Both the position numbers and the translations under genes were made by a program. Below are positions 20,573 to 30,425 of a DNA stretch of 64,000 nucleotides, in pieces. The notes beneath the pieces were generated by a model. It made no database searches, had not been told where the DNA came from, and saw only the letters and a program-made list of their open reading frames with translations. Origin of the DNA: Anaerolineales bacterium (lineage in GTDB: Bacteria > Chloroflexota > Anaerolineae > Anaerolineales > UBA11858); the NCBI GenBank assembly GCA_049644605.1, contig JBARSF010000017.1, positions 7,805-71,804 of the forward strand, written 5' to 3'. Position 1 is the first letter of the stretch. Each line of letters opens with the position of its first letter.

Positions 20573-21913
20573 CTAGGAATATTTACCAACAAAAGACTCA
20601 TACCTTTCCCAGATAGCAGGAGCAAGGGCTCTGGATTCGGAAGCGATCTTCTCTTCATCCAGGGTCAGTAATTCTTTTTCTTTCATAAGGAATTTTCCAG
20701 CAACCATGGTGGAAGTGATCATCCCTTCCTGGAATCCAAATATAATCTGCCAGGGTAAATTCCCCGCGCTGAGGTGAGTATATGGGTGATAATCAACAAA
20801 AATTAAATCTGCGGCCGCACCCTTAGTGATTACACCCAGGGTAACCTCTGGCAAATAGACCTTTGCTAAAGCGGCGTTATTCCTGATACCCATCTGGATG
20901 ATATCCATGGCATTCATCCGGCGAGGATCCCGATGGTGAACCTTGTGCAGGAAGTAGGCAGTTTTCCATTCCTCCCACATGGCGTGGTAAAACCCGTCGG
21001 TTCCAATTCCTACCTTGATGCCCAGGCGCAAAAAATCTTCTATCGCGGCGACACCCACGGCATTGTTCATATTCGAGCGAGGTTGGTGGGTCAACCAGGT
21101 TCCAGATTCCGCGAGCAGGACTGCTTCCTGCTGATCCATGTGAACGCCATGGGCGACAATCGATTTCGGTCCCAATATCCCGTGTTTTTTCAGGCGATCA
21201 ACCACCCGCAACCCGCTTCGCTTAAGGCTGTCATATTCATCCGCCTGGTGCTCAGCAACGTGAATATGAAAACCGGCTTCCTCACCGATCGCACCCCTGC
21301 AGGCATCCAGAGTTCCATCATCTACTGTCAGACTGGCATGCAATCCAAAGGCAGCGCCTAAACGATCATTCCTGGCTGCTTTTTTTATCATACGAACATT
21401 CTCTTTAATCCCCGCTTTCGCGCCCTCTCCGCCGTTGCGGTCTGTGACTTCATAACATAAAACGCCGCGGAGTCCTGCATCCTCGATGACATCACCAATT
21501 ACATCCAGAGAACCGTCGATAAAGGATGGTGAGGCGTGATGGTCAAATAAAGTCGTAGTGCCGTTTTTAATCGCATCAACGGCAAAAACAAGAGCGGAAT
21601 ACCGCACACCATCCTCATCTAAAGCCATATCCAGCGGCCACCACAGTTTTTCCAGAATCTCGGGAAAGTCCTTCGGGGCATCACCAGGAATCCCCATTCC
21701 CCGGGCATAAGCGCCATAAAAATGGGTGTGGGCGCAGATATTTCCTGGCATTACATACTGGCCCCGGGCATCGAACACTTCTTCCCCAGGATGTTTCTTT
21801 TCCAGGTCCCCTCCGATTTCGCTGATCAATCCATCTTTGATAAGCAGAGAAGAATCTTCAAGGATCCGATTTTCTTCTTCCCAGGTAATAAGTTTCGCAT
21901 TCTTAATAATCAT
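20573..21913 (-). CDS. ssnA: Amidohydrolase of the SsnA / chlorohydrolase-aminohydrolase group
   Basis: CAHTHFYGAYARGM metal-binding motif and LEKLWWPLDMAL. Start set to the ATG at 21911-21913 (GGAGGG 6 nt upstream); the track start is a TTG. Confidence 0.75.
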   Translation of the reverse strand: MIIKNAKLITWEEENRILEDSSLLIKDGLISEIGGDLEKKHPGEEVFDARGQYVMPGNICAHTHFYGAYARGMGIPGDAPKDFPEILEKLWWPLDMALDEDGVRYSALVFAVDAIKNGTTTLFDHHASPSFIDGSLDVIGDVIEDAGLRGVLCYEVTDRNGGEGAKAGIKENVRMIKKAARNDRLGAAFGLHASLTVDDGTLDACRGAIGEEAGFHIHVAEHQADEYDSLKRSGLRVVDRLKKHGILGPKSIVAHGVHMDQQEAVLLAESGTWLTHQPRSNMNNAVGVAAIEDFLRLGIKVGIGTDGFYHAMWEEWKTAYFLHKVHHRDPRRMNAMDIIQMGIRNNAALAKVYLPEVTLGVITKGAAADLIFVDYHPYTHLSAGNLPWQIIFGFQEGMITSTMVAGKFLMKEKELLTLDEEKIASESRALAPAIWERYESFVGKYS

Positions 21914-21963
21914 CTTCAACCCTCCTAAATTGATAATAGAATCTGTCCAAATATTCCTTATAC

Positions 21964-22461
21964 TTAAATACCGCTATGATAATTAATTACAAATTGCTCC
22001 TGGATCCTGTTTTCCATTGCTCCAGGAATTGATTCCCGCACCCAGAGGATTGCCTCCTCCCCGGACAACCCCAGATTTTCCTTTGCCAGACAGGCCATGA
22101 AAGTTCCGGTACGGCCTATTCCAGCCAAACAGTGAACAGCGATATTTTTCCCATCGTTTGCATTCTGGGCTGCTTCTTTAAGTCCCTGATCCCATTTTTG
22201 GAGATCTTCCGGGATTCCAAAATCAGGGACCGGGATGTGGAGTACATCCAAACCGTTGGACAGGTAAAATTCAGGCAGATCTCTTTTAGCATAAACCAGA
22301 TATTCTTGGAGTTCAGTCAGCAGAATAACCAGGTTTATGTTCTCACTCAGGTATGACTGCCAGACATTCCCTCCATCATAAGTGCTATAAGGCATTGGAG
22401 ATCTGAAAATCCGACCCGGAAATATAAAGGGAAGCTTTGTCATCATGCCGTTTATTCTCAT
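21964..22461 (-). CDS. Dual-specificity / protein-tyrosine phosphatase family protein
   Basis: CX5R active-site loop HCLAGIGRTGT. 165-aa ORF; start uncertain (M1, M6 or M7). Confidence 0.7.
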   Translation of the reverse strand: MRINGMMTKLPFIFPGRIFRSPMPYSTYDGGNVWQSYLSENINLVILLTELQEYLVYAKRDLPEFYLSNGLDVLHIPVPDFGIPEDLQKWDQGLKEAAQNANDGKNIAVHCLAGIGRTGTFMACLAKENLGLSGEEAILWVRESIPGAMENRIQEQFVINYHSGI

Positions 22462-22767
22462 AAAATTCCTGAAGGAACTGCCTTAAATCCTGTTCTTCTT
22501 TACCCTGGAGCAAACCTTTGCTCCAGAAAACAAAAATCACAGGAAAATATCCTGTGACACAGTTGATCCAATATCAATAGGTAATATGGCAAGTGGATAA
22601 TTAATCCAATATGATTAGTTGGAAATAGTTTACTTCGATTTTTCATGGGATCGGCGACATTAGCTGATAAGGACGGTAGCACTTTTCGTCAGGATTTTCC
22701 CGACGCCGTTGAGATTATTCCATAATCCACAACGACCACCGATCCACGTTTCTAAAATTGTACCACG

Positions 22768-22810
22768 GAGAAAACAGGAAGAGGAGATGCTTCAAAACAT
22801 ATCCTCTTCC
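22768..22810 (-). terminator. Intrinsic terminator after the 22852-25632 gene
   Basis: Stem ggaagagga / tcctcttcc (22777-22785 / 22802-22810), followed on the minus strand by tgttttct. Confidence 0.7.
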
Positions 22811-22851
22811 GGTATTATTCCCCGGTTCTCAGGACAATCTGGGTCCTTCCT

Positions 22852-25632
22852 TTAATTTTTCTTTTTCTCTAACTGCAGAGCCAGCCAATCCTGGTCAATC
22901 GGAATCTGTTTAAACCTGACGCCACAAGCGTTATAAACCGCATTCACAATCGCTGGTGGTACAGGCATGGTTGAAATTTCTCCCACACCTTTACCACCGT
23001 AAGGGCCTTCTGTGGTTGGATCTTCAACGATAATCACCTTGATTTCTTCCGGGACGTGTTTAATCGATGGCATCCGGTAGCGCGCTAAATAATCTGTGAA
23101 GATTTCTCCATCCTCAACGATGAATTCCTCTGTTAAGGCATGTCCTATTCCCATGATCAATCCGCCCTCGACCTGCCCTTGCAGTCCCAGGGGATTAATC
23201 GCTTTCCCGACATCGGTTGCCCCTACAGCGCGAACTACCCGAACTTCTCCGGTATCAAGATTTACCTCTACTTCTATTGCCTGTGCGGCAAATGAATAGG
23301 CAAAGTGTTTATCCCCTTTTTCACCAAGTGGTGTTGTTATTGGAGATTTATAATCATAAATCAACTTGGGATCGCGGCCTTCCGCCCGTATTAATTGGCC
23401 CACCTCAGCAAAGGACAAGGTTTGGCCATTGACCTGGATCTTTCCATCCTTAAACTGGATCTCTTCTGGAGGAAGGTTATATTTTTCAGCCAGGGTTGAG
23501 AGCATGGTATTTTTTAATGTAATTGCTGCGAACCTGGCGGCATTCCCAGAAATATAGGTCTGCCTGGATCCTGTGGTTGGTCCGCCATCAGGAGTAAGAT
23601 CAGTATCAGATAGATACACATTCACTTTTTCCAGGGGCAATCCAAGCTCCTGGGCTGTAATCATTTGCAGCACAGTAACCAACCCCTGTCCGATTTCCGC
23701 TGACGAGATCCTGGTTTCCACTGAGCCATCCTGCAGCAGCTCTATCTCGGCGGAGGCATTATCAGGAGCGCCCTCTCCCAAGCCTGTGTTCTTAAAGGTA
23801 ACTGCAAATCCCCAGGCCCGGCGCTTATTGGGTTCTCCTTCTACTTCCCGGGCTTTAAAGGGATCTTTTCCTTCGGTGTACTTAAGCATTTCCTGGTGAG
23901 TTTCTTCAATACAATCCAGTAAACCGACACTTTCTTTCAGATGCTGACCAGTGTTGGTTACAGCTCCGGTTCGGAGCGCATTTTTACGACGTAATTCAAC
24001 TCGGTCAATCTTCAGCTCTTCAGCTACCTGGTCCATCAGGCATTCAATTGCGAAGGCCGCCTGTAAAGCACCAAATCCCCGGAAAGCACCGGAGGGAGGA
24101 TTATTGGTATACATGGCATAACAATCGATTTTTACGTTGGGTACAATATAGGGTCCGGTTGAGTGCGTGGTTGCCCTGCCCATCACCTTTGCACCCAAGG
24201 ATGCATAGGCGCCGGTATCTCCGTAGAGTTCAGTCTGGGCAGCGGTGAGGGTTCCATCCTTTTTAAGACCCAGTTTCACTTTAATTTGAGTTGCATGCCT
24301 TTTGGGATGGACAAGTAAACTTTCATGACGGTCATAGAGGATCTTGACTGGTTTTCCTGTGACCTGGGCCAGCAAAGCGGCATGGATTTGGCCCACGATG
24401 TCTTCCTTTCCGCCAAATCCCCCGCCGATCAGTGGACCCCGCACCCGCACCTTCTCAAGAGGAAGATCCAGTGCAGCTGCGACTTGATCCCGGTCCTCGT
24501 AGGGGATTTGTGAACCAACATATATTTCTATCTGGCCATTCTCCAGCGGCCGGGCGATACTGCATTCCGGTTCCATAAAAGCGTGTTCATAGGAGGGAGT
24601 GAAATAAGTATCCTCAATAACGATTTCCGCCTGCTCAAAACCCAGCTTGATATCTCCCTTATTTACCTTGATGTGTTTCAGCAGGTTGCCATCATTATGC
24701 ACCCGGGGAGCATCCTCTGCCTTGGCAGCTACCGGGTTGGTAACTATCGGCAATGGTTCATATTCCACAGCAATTAAGTTGAGGGCTTTCCGGGCAAGCT
24801 CCTGGGTATCCGCAGCCACGATCGCTACTGCATCACCTACGTAGCGGATTTTTTCTCCAACCCCCACCAAAGCAGGCCAATCCTGAATAATCAAACCATG
24901 GTTAATTCGTCCAGGGATATCGGCAGCCGTAAGGACTGCAATAACACCAGGCAGTTCTTTTGCTTTCGCTGTGTTTAGTTTAACAACGCGTCCGTGGGGG
25001 ATCCCAGCTCTGAGTGTAGCTCCGTACAGCATATCCGGGAAGCTGATATCATCGGTGTAGATTGCTTCTCCGGTAACTTTATCCCTTGCTTCCGGGCGAG
25101 GGACCACCTGCCCAACAACTTCCAGATCCCCTCCAAAATCAAAACTGGGAAATTCAATCGGTGTCCCATGGTTGATCTTATCCGCAGCGGCCTGGATGGC
25201 TTTGGTGATCATCGGGTAAGTACCGCACCGGCAGAGAGTATCATTCAAGGCATATTCAATATCTTTGTCTGTTGGATCAGGTTTCTCATTTAATAAGGCG
25301 GTCGCGGTCATGATTTGACCGGGTGTACAAAATCCACACTGGACCGCACCATGTTTTACAAATGCTTCTTGCACAGGATGTAATTCCTCGTCTTTGGCCA
25401 ATCCTTCAATTGTGGTAACCTGTTTTCCAGCGGCTTTTAAGGCAGGATAATTACAGGATAAGATCGGTTCTCCATCGACCAGTACTGTACAGACCCCACA
25501 TTCTGATTCCCCGCAGCTGATTTTGGTCCCGGTTAACCCCAACCGGTAGCGCAATACATCGGACAGCATTTCCCCGGCTTTAATATCCAGGGTATATCTT
25601 TGATCATTGACAGTAAATGTTAAGTTTGTCAT
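22852..25632 (-). CDS. XDH-family fused [2Fe-2S] + molybdopterin-binding subunit (926 aa)
   Basis: N-terminal CGESECGVCTV, QCGFCTPG and CRCGTY, then Moco-binding motifs GGGFGGKED and AFRGFGALQ. Confidence 0.9.
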   Translation of the reverse strand: MTNLTFTVNDQRYTLDIKAGEMLSDVLRYRLGLTGTKISCGESECGVCTVLVDGEPILSCNYPALKAAGKQVTTIEGLAKDEELHPVQEAFVKHGAVQCGFCTPGQIMTATALLNEKPDPTDKDIEYALNDTLCRCGTYPMITKAIQAAADKINHGTPIEFPSFDFGGDLEVVGQVVPRPEARDKVTGEAIYTDDISFPDMLYGATLRAGIPHGRVVKLNTAKAKELPGVIAVLTAADIPGRINHGLIIQDWPALVGVGEKIRYVGDAVAIVAADTQELARKALNLIAVEYEPLPIVTNPVAAKAEDAPRVHNDGNLLKHIKVNKGDIKLGFEQAEIVIEDTYFTPSYEHAFMEPECSIARPLENGQIEIYVGSQIPYEDRDQVAAALDLPLEKVRVRGPLIGGGFGGKEDIVGQIHAALLAQVTGKPVKILYDRHESLLVHPKRHATQIKVKLGLKKDGTLTAAQTELYGDTGAYASLGAKVMGRATTHSTGPYIVPNVKIDCYAMYTNNPPSGAFRGFGALQAAFAIECLMDQVAEELKIDRVELRRKNALRTGAVTNTGQHLKESVGLLDCIEETHQEMLKYTEGKDPFKAREVEGEPNKRRAWGFAVTFKNTGLGEGAPDNASAEIELLQDGSVETRISSAEIGQGLVTVLQMITAQELGLPLEKVNVYLSDTDLTPDGGPTTGSRQTYISGNAARFAAITLKNTMLSTLAEKYNLPPEEIQFKDGKIQVNGQTLSFAEVGQLIRAEGRDPKLIYDYKSPITTPLGEKGDKHFAYSFAAQAIEVEVNLDTGEVRVVRAVGATDVGKAINPLGLQGQVEGGLIMGIGHALTEEFIVEDGEIFTDYLARYRMPSIKHVPEEIKVIIVEDPTTEGPYGGKGVGEISTMPVPPAIVNAVYNACGVRFKQIPIDQDWLALQLEKKKN

Positions 25633-25656
25633 TTAGTTTTCTCCCATCTCAACCAG

Positions 25657-26535
25657 CTAAAGATTGGCCCTCTCAACAGCAGTATCCAGAACCTCCCGAA
25701 GCAATACCGGCAGCAATTTATGGCGATATTCTTTGGTTGCCCGGTGAGCGCTGGTTCGTAAACTAACTTCCTTTCCCAGAATATCAGCAGCTTCTTGATG
25801 TACGGCTCCACTCCAGGTTTTTCCAGATAAAAATTCTTCCGTCTTCCTGGCCCGGAACGGTTTTGGTCCTGCCGGTCCACACGAGATCCGGACTTTCTCC
25901 AGGCTGCCTTCTTCCTTTAATTTCACCCAGGCGGCCATATTCAGGATCGCAATTGCCACGCCTTGAGGACGCATTACCCGCTGAAAAGCAGATGCCTCGC
26001 GGGACCCTTTCTTTTTAAAACGAAAGCCAACAATCAGTTCCTTCCCCCGATCAAATGTGACCTCACCAGGACCGACATAGATTTCGATCAAGGGCTGCCA
26101 TTTGATACCATCCGGGGAGGCTATCTGGACTTCCGTATCCAGCGCTAATAATGAAACAGTCCCGTCTCCTGCCGGCAAGGCATGGGATACATTGCCGCCA
26201 ATGGTGGCGACATTTCTAACCTGCGGGCCACCGATTAACCCACAGCCCTCCACCACACATTGAGCGTGTTCCTGCATGAGCGGATTGCCGATGATTTGTT
26301 TATGGGTAACCCCTGCGCCCAGGTATAGATAATCACCATCCAGGGTCACTTCCTGCATTTCAGGGATCCCGGATACATCAATCAATTGGTTTACCGGGTC
26401 ATGCCGGCCCTGCCGGATATCCAATAAAAGGTCTGTTCCACCAGCGATAACAGCCGTGGTCCCAGGTGCGCTTGACAGGTTTTCCAGCGCTTCTTCAACT
26501 GTAGCGGGTTGTAAATATTCTTGAAATATAGACAT
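25657..26535 (-). CDS. XDH-family FAD-binding subunit (CoxM-like)
   Basis: VIAGGTDLLLDIRQG and IGGNVSHALPAGD motifs. It lies 24 nt upstream of the FeS-Moco gene. Confidence 0.85.
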   Translation of the reverse strand: MSIFQEYLQPATVEEALENLSSAPGTTAVIAGGTDLLLDIRQGRHDPVNQLIDVSGIPEMQEVTLDGDYLYLGAGVTHKQIIGNPLMQEHAQCVVEGCGLIGGPQVRNVATIGGNVSHALPAGDGTVSLLALDTEVQIASPDGIKWQPLIEIYVGPGEVTFDRGKELIVGFRFKKKGSREASAFQRVMRPQGVAIAILNMAAWVKLKEEGSLEKVRISCGPAGPKPFRARKTEEFLSGKTWSGAVHQEAADILGKEVSLRTSAHRATKEYRHKLLPVLLREVLDTAVERANL

Positions 26536-26807
26536 AATCTACCTCGTTAATAATATTCATTTTGCCGTATACTAACCGGGTTGGTGTTAGAAAATACCAA
26601 TTCCGGTTGAAAATTTAGCGCAATCCATTATACCTGAGATAGGGTTATCCTTGCTTGAAAAGTAATACTCAATAATTACTGCCGAATGTAACCCTGGATA
26701 TTATCAAATCACGAGGCAAAATCACTTCAGTTCACACAAAGACAGACCTGCGGTAAAATCATGCCAGTGTCAAACAGACCGAGAACAAGTATTGGAGGAT
26801 TCATCCG

Positions 26808-28178
26808 ATGACTGATCACCGAAATAATGCTTTAAAGTATGCTCAGGATCATAAAGAACAATCCCTGGAAAAAATGAAGGATATTATTTCCATCCCCTCA
26901 ATTTCCACGGATCCAAAGAGAAAAGAGGATATCAAAAAAGCTGCCGAATGGTTAAAAAAGGAACTGCTTGAACTGGGCATGACCCGGGCGGAGATTTATC
27001 CTACACCCCGGCATCCTATTGTGTATGCGGAAAACCTGACCGCTGGAGAGAATAAACCCACGGCTCTAATTTACGGCCATTACGATGTACAGCCAACAGA
27101 TCCAATTGATGAGTGGAATTCGGATCCGTTTACACCAACCGAAGTAGGAGAGTTCCTCTACGCCCGGGGATCAACGGATATGAAAGGACAGATCATCGCC
27201 ACCATCAGCGCTGTGGACGCCATCCTCCAAACCGGTGAGCTGCCTGTAAATATTAAATTCCTGATTGAAGGGGAAGAAGAAATTGGCGGATCTTACTTGG
27301 AAACATTTATCAAAGAAAATAAGGAGCTGCTGGCCTGTGACTTTTTCCTTAATCCGGATACCGGGATGCTCGGGCCGGAATCACCCAGCATCACCTATGC
27401 TCTGCGGGGTATTTCCTATTTTGAGCTCCGTGTTCAAGGAGCCAAACAGGATTTACATTCAGGAACCTTCGGCGGTGCAGTGCACAATCCTGCCCAGGTG
27501 ATGACCGACCTCTTATCTGGACTTCATGATGATAAAGGGCGAGTTACCCTGCCGGGGTTTTATGACAAGGTTCAACCCATCGAAGACGAAGAGCGGGAAG
27601 AGCTCAGCCGATTACCTACCACTGAGGAATTTTTTATCAATCAGGCAGGCGTGAAGAAGTTGTGGGGTGAGGAAGGCTACACCCCGGTAGAAAGAACTGG
27701 CGCCAGACCTACCCTGGAAATCAACGGACTCTATTCAGGGTTTATCGGGGAAGGTCAAAAGACTGTCTTGCCCGCTTATGCCATGGCAAAGGTGTCTACT
27801 CGCTTGGTTCCTGATCAGGTCCCAAATGAAATATATGATATGTTTAAAGTCTATCTCGAAGAAAATGCGCCTGAGACGGTTACCTGGCAGCTTGATAAAC
27901 TGGCTGCGGATTTTCCATCAATCAGCGACAGGAAATCTCCCTGGATCACCGCCTATGTAAAAGCCGCAGAAACGGTCTGGGGTTCACGACCACTCTTTGA
28001 TCGCTCCGGCGGCAGTGTGCCCGTTGTGGTGCATATCCAGCAAAACTTGGGAGTAGATTCAGTGAATATCGGTTTTGGTATTCCCGGCGGAAACCTGCAT
28101 GGTCCAAATGAGAATATTCACCTGCCGACATTCTACAAAGGCGTGGAAGCCCTGGTTCACTTTTTCTTTAATCTATAA
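26808..28178 (+). CDS. M20 family dipeptidase / metallohydrolase
   Basis: YGHYDVQPTDPIDEWNSDPF, RGSTDMKG and EGEEEIGG motifs of M20 peptidases. Confidence 0.85.
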   Translation: MTDHRNNALKYAQDHKEQSLEKMKDIISIPSISTDPKRKEDIKKAAEWLKKELLELGMTRAEIYPTPRHPIVYAENLTAGENKPTALIYGHYDVQPTDPIDEWNSDPFTPTEVGEFLYARGSTDMKGQIIATISAVDAILQTGELPVNIKFLIEGEEEIGGSYLETFIKENKELLACDFFLNPDTGMLGPESPSITYALRGISYFELRVQGAKQDLHSGTFGGAVHNPAQVMTDLLSGLHDDKGRVTLPGFYDKVQPIEDEEREELSRLPTTEEFFINQAGVKKLWGEEGYTPVERTGARPTLEINGLYSGFIGEGQKTVLPAYAMAKVSTRLVPDQVPNEIYDMFKVYLEENAPETVTWQLDKLAADFPSISDRKSPWITAYVKAAETVWGSRPLFDRSGGSVPVVVHIQQNLGVDSVNIGFGIPGGNLHGPNENIHLPTFYKGVEALVHFFFNL

Positions 28179-28181
28179 ACT

Positions 28182-29072
28182 ATGAAAAACCAATTAAAAC
28201 AAACAACCAAACTGCCTAACTACGGTGGCCAGGCAGTTATTGAAGGTGTGATGATGAGGGGCAAAAAAGCAGCGGCGATCGCTATGCGTGCCCCGGATGG
28301 GGAGATCACCATTCACACGGAAGAGCTGAACAAAATCTACCAAAGCCGGATGATGAAGATTCCTTTCCTGCGAGGATTGATTGGTCTTTATGACGCACTC
28401 GTCCTGGGCATGAAAGCATTGACCATCTCCGCCAATATTCAAACGGGGGAAGAGGAAAAGATTGAAGGCCCTGCCCTGTTTTTTACCTTTGCACTTTCAA
28501 TGTCAATCGCAATCCTGATCTTTTTTCTAATCCCTGCGGGAGTCGGACAAGCCGTTGAACGTTTCTTCGGCTGGACCACCTGGGTAGGAAACTTGCTGGA
28601 AGGGTTAATCCGTCTGCTGCTGCTGATCACCTATATGTGGGGGATCGGAAAGATGGAGGATATCAAACGGGTATTTTCCTATCATGGAGCAGAACATAAG
28701 GTAATCAATACCTATGAGGCTGGTGAAGAGCTGGTCCCTGAAAAAGTGAAACCCTTCAGCCTGGAACACCCCCGCTGCGGCACGGCGTTCTTGTTGATTG
28801 TGGTGCTGTTCTCCGTTTTATTATTTACAGCCCTGGGACCGCTGACTCTTTTCTGGCGTTTGGTCAGCAGGATTTTATTGCTGCCGGTTCTCGCTGGTGT
28901 GGCGTATGAATATTTACGCTGGACTGCAGAGAATCAACACCATCCCCTGGTCAAACAGCTGATTAGACCTAATCTCGCCTTGCAGCGGCTGACTACCAAC
29001 GAACCATCCCTGGATATTATTGAAGTCAGCATCGCGGCATTTAATGCTATGCGGGAAGCGGAAGAAGGTTAA
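28182..29072 (+). CDS. DUF1385 family membrane protein
   Basis: YGGQAVIEGVMMRG ... YHGAEHKVI ... HPRCGT motifs typical of DUF1385, plus several TM segments. Confidence 0.8.
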   Translation: MKNQLKQTTKLPNYGGQAVIEGVMMRGKKAAAIAMRAPDGEITIHTEELNKIYQSRMMKIPFLRGLIGLYDALVLGMKALTISANIQTGEEEKIEGPALFFTFALSMSIAILIFFLIPAGVGQAVERFFGWTTWVGNLLEGLIRLLLLITYMWGIGKMEDIKRVFSYHGAEHKVINTYEAGEELVPEKVKPFSLEHPRCGTAFLLIVVLFSVLLFTALGPLTLFWRLVSRILLLPVLAGVAYEYLRWTAENQHHPLVKQLIRPNLALQRLTTNEPSLDIIEVSIAAFNAMREAEEG

Positions 29073-29086
29073 ATTTTTAACTAAAA

Positions 29087-29124
29087 GGGACCAAATCCAT
29101 TAAAAGGACTTGGTCCCTCTTTTG
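29087..29124 (+). terminator. Intrinsic terminator after the DUF1385 gene
   Basis: Stem gggaccaa / ttggtccc followed by tctttt. Confidence 0.7.
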
Positions 29125-29165
29125 AAAATCTCCCGGAGTTTATAGAAACTCCGGGAGATTTTTTG
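29124..29165. terminator. Bidirectional terminator hairpin between DUF1385 (+) and trxB (-)
   Basis: 13-bp stem atctcccggagtt / aactccgggagat, flanked by gaaaa on the left and tttttt on the right. Confidence 0.75.
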
Positions 29166-29193
29166 AATCGATAATCCTTCAAGTTGATTATTT

Positions 29194-30129
29194 TTAGTGC
29201 TCTTCTTCCAGAAACTCTACCACTTCCATGGCTGCGGCCGCACCCATTCCGGCAGAGATCACTACCTGCTGGAAATGAGGATCGCCAACTTCGCCGGCAG
29301 CAAACACGCCCGGTAAATTGGTATGCATTTTATTATCAATGACCAGGTAACCTTGCTCATCCGTTTCTAATTGATCTTTAAACATATCTGTATTGGGAAT
29401 ATGACCAATGAAAATAAATACCCCGTCAATTGGCCTGGTCTCTTCTTGCCCGGTCTTTTTGTTCTTTAACCGGACAGCATTAACTGTTCCGTCACCAAAA
29501 ATCTCGGTCACTACAGTGTCCCAGACAAACTGTATTTTGGTATTTTCTTTGGCTTTCCCTTCCAGATAGGGACCTGCCCTGAGTTCATCCCGCCGGTGAA
29601 CGATGGTCACTGATTTGGCGAAACGGGTTAAGAAAATGCCTTCTTTTAAGGCGCTATCTCCACCGCCCACCACAACCAGGTCTTTATCTTTGAAAAAATG
29701 CCCATCGCAGGTGGCACAGTAGGAAACTCCCTTGCCGGTAAATTCTGTCTCGCCAGGAACGCCAAGCTCCCGGACTGCAGCGCCAGTTGAGATTATCAGG
29801 GATTCTGCCAGGTATTCACCACCGTAGGTTGTAACCTTAAAGGGTCGTTCAGAGAGGTTAACCTCGGTTGCTGAATCAAAGACAATTTCCGCACCAAACC
29901 GTTCCGCCTGTTGTTGGAAGGCAGACACCATGTCTGGTCCATCGATACCATCAGGAAAACCGGGATAATTGTCAATTAGGCCAGTTTTTGATACCTGTCC
30001 TCCCAAATCCATGCCGGAGAGGACAATTGGTTTTAAATTTGCCCGGGCAGCATATAAGGCTGCGGACAATCCCGCCGGACCAGAACCGATGATTAAACAT
30101 TGGAGAACGGTTTTTGGAGATTCAGCCAT
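29194..30129 (-). CDS. trxB: Thioredoxin-disulfide reductase
   Basis: IIGSGPAGLSAALYAAR and the redox-active CATCDG motif; 311 aa. Confidence 0.92.
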   Translation of the reverse strand: MAESPKTVLQCLIIGSGPAGLSAALYAARANLKPIVLSGMDLGGQVSKTGLIDNYPGFPDGIDGPDMVSAFQQQAERFGAEIVFDSATEVNLSERPFKVTTYGGEYLAESLIISTGAAVRELGVPGETEFTGKGVSYCATCDGHFFKDKDLVVVGGGDSALKEGIFLTRFAKSVTIVHRRDELRAGPYLEGKAKENTKIQFVWDTVVTEIFGDGTVNAVRLKNKKTGQEETRPIDGVFIFIGHIPNTDMFKDQLETDEQGYLVIDNKMHTNLPGVFAAGEVGDPHFQQVVISAGMGAAAAMEVVEFLEEEH

Positions 30130-30137
30130 CTCAAAAA

Positions 30138-30425
30138 CTACTGCAAAATGGCCAGGACTTTCTCAAAGTCCATAATGATATATTCCTCACTGCCCAATTT
30201 GATATCAGTACCGGTGTACTTAGGGAAGAGGACCTTATCGCCGACTTTGACCGTGATGGGAGTCTCTTCGCTTCCCTCACCAACAGCAACAACAACACCT
30301 GTCTGCGGTTTTTCTTTGGCGGTATCAGGAATGTATAATCCGCTATCTGTTCTGCTTTCTTCCTCGACCGGTTGAATCACAACGCGTTCACCCAAAGGTT
30401 TAATGCCAAATTCTTTCTTGCTCAT
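30138..30425 (-). CDS. groES: Co-chaperonin GroES
   Basis: IKPLGERVVIQP ... GLYIPDTAKEKPQTG.VVAVG ... GDKVLF.KY.G, the classical Cpn10 sequence; 95 aa. Confidence 0.92.
   Translation of the reverse strand: MSKKEFGIKPLGERVVIQPVEEESRTDSGLYIPDTAKEKPQTGVVVAVGEGSEETPITVKVGDKVLFPKYTGTDIKLGSEEYIIMDFEKVLAILQ

Noticed and set aside
25629-25880. 83-aa minus-strand ORF overlapping the end of the FAD subunit gene
   Set aside because: It is an out-of-frame overlap with a well-supported gene, with no independent signal.
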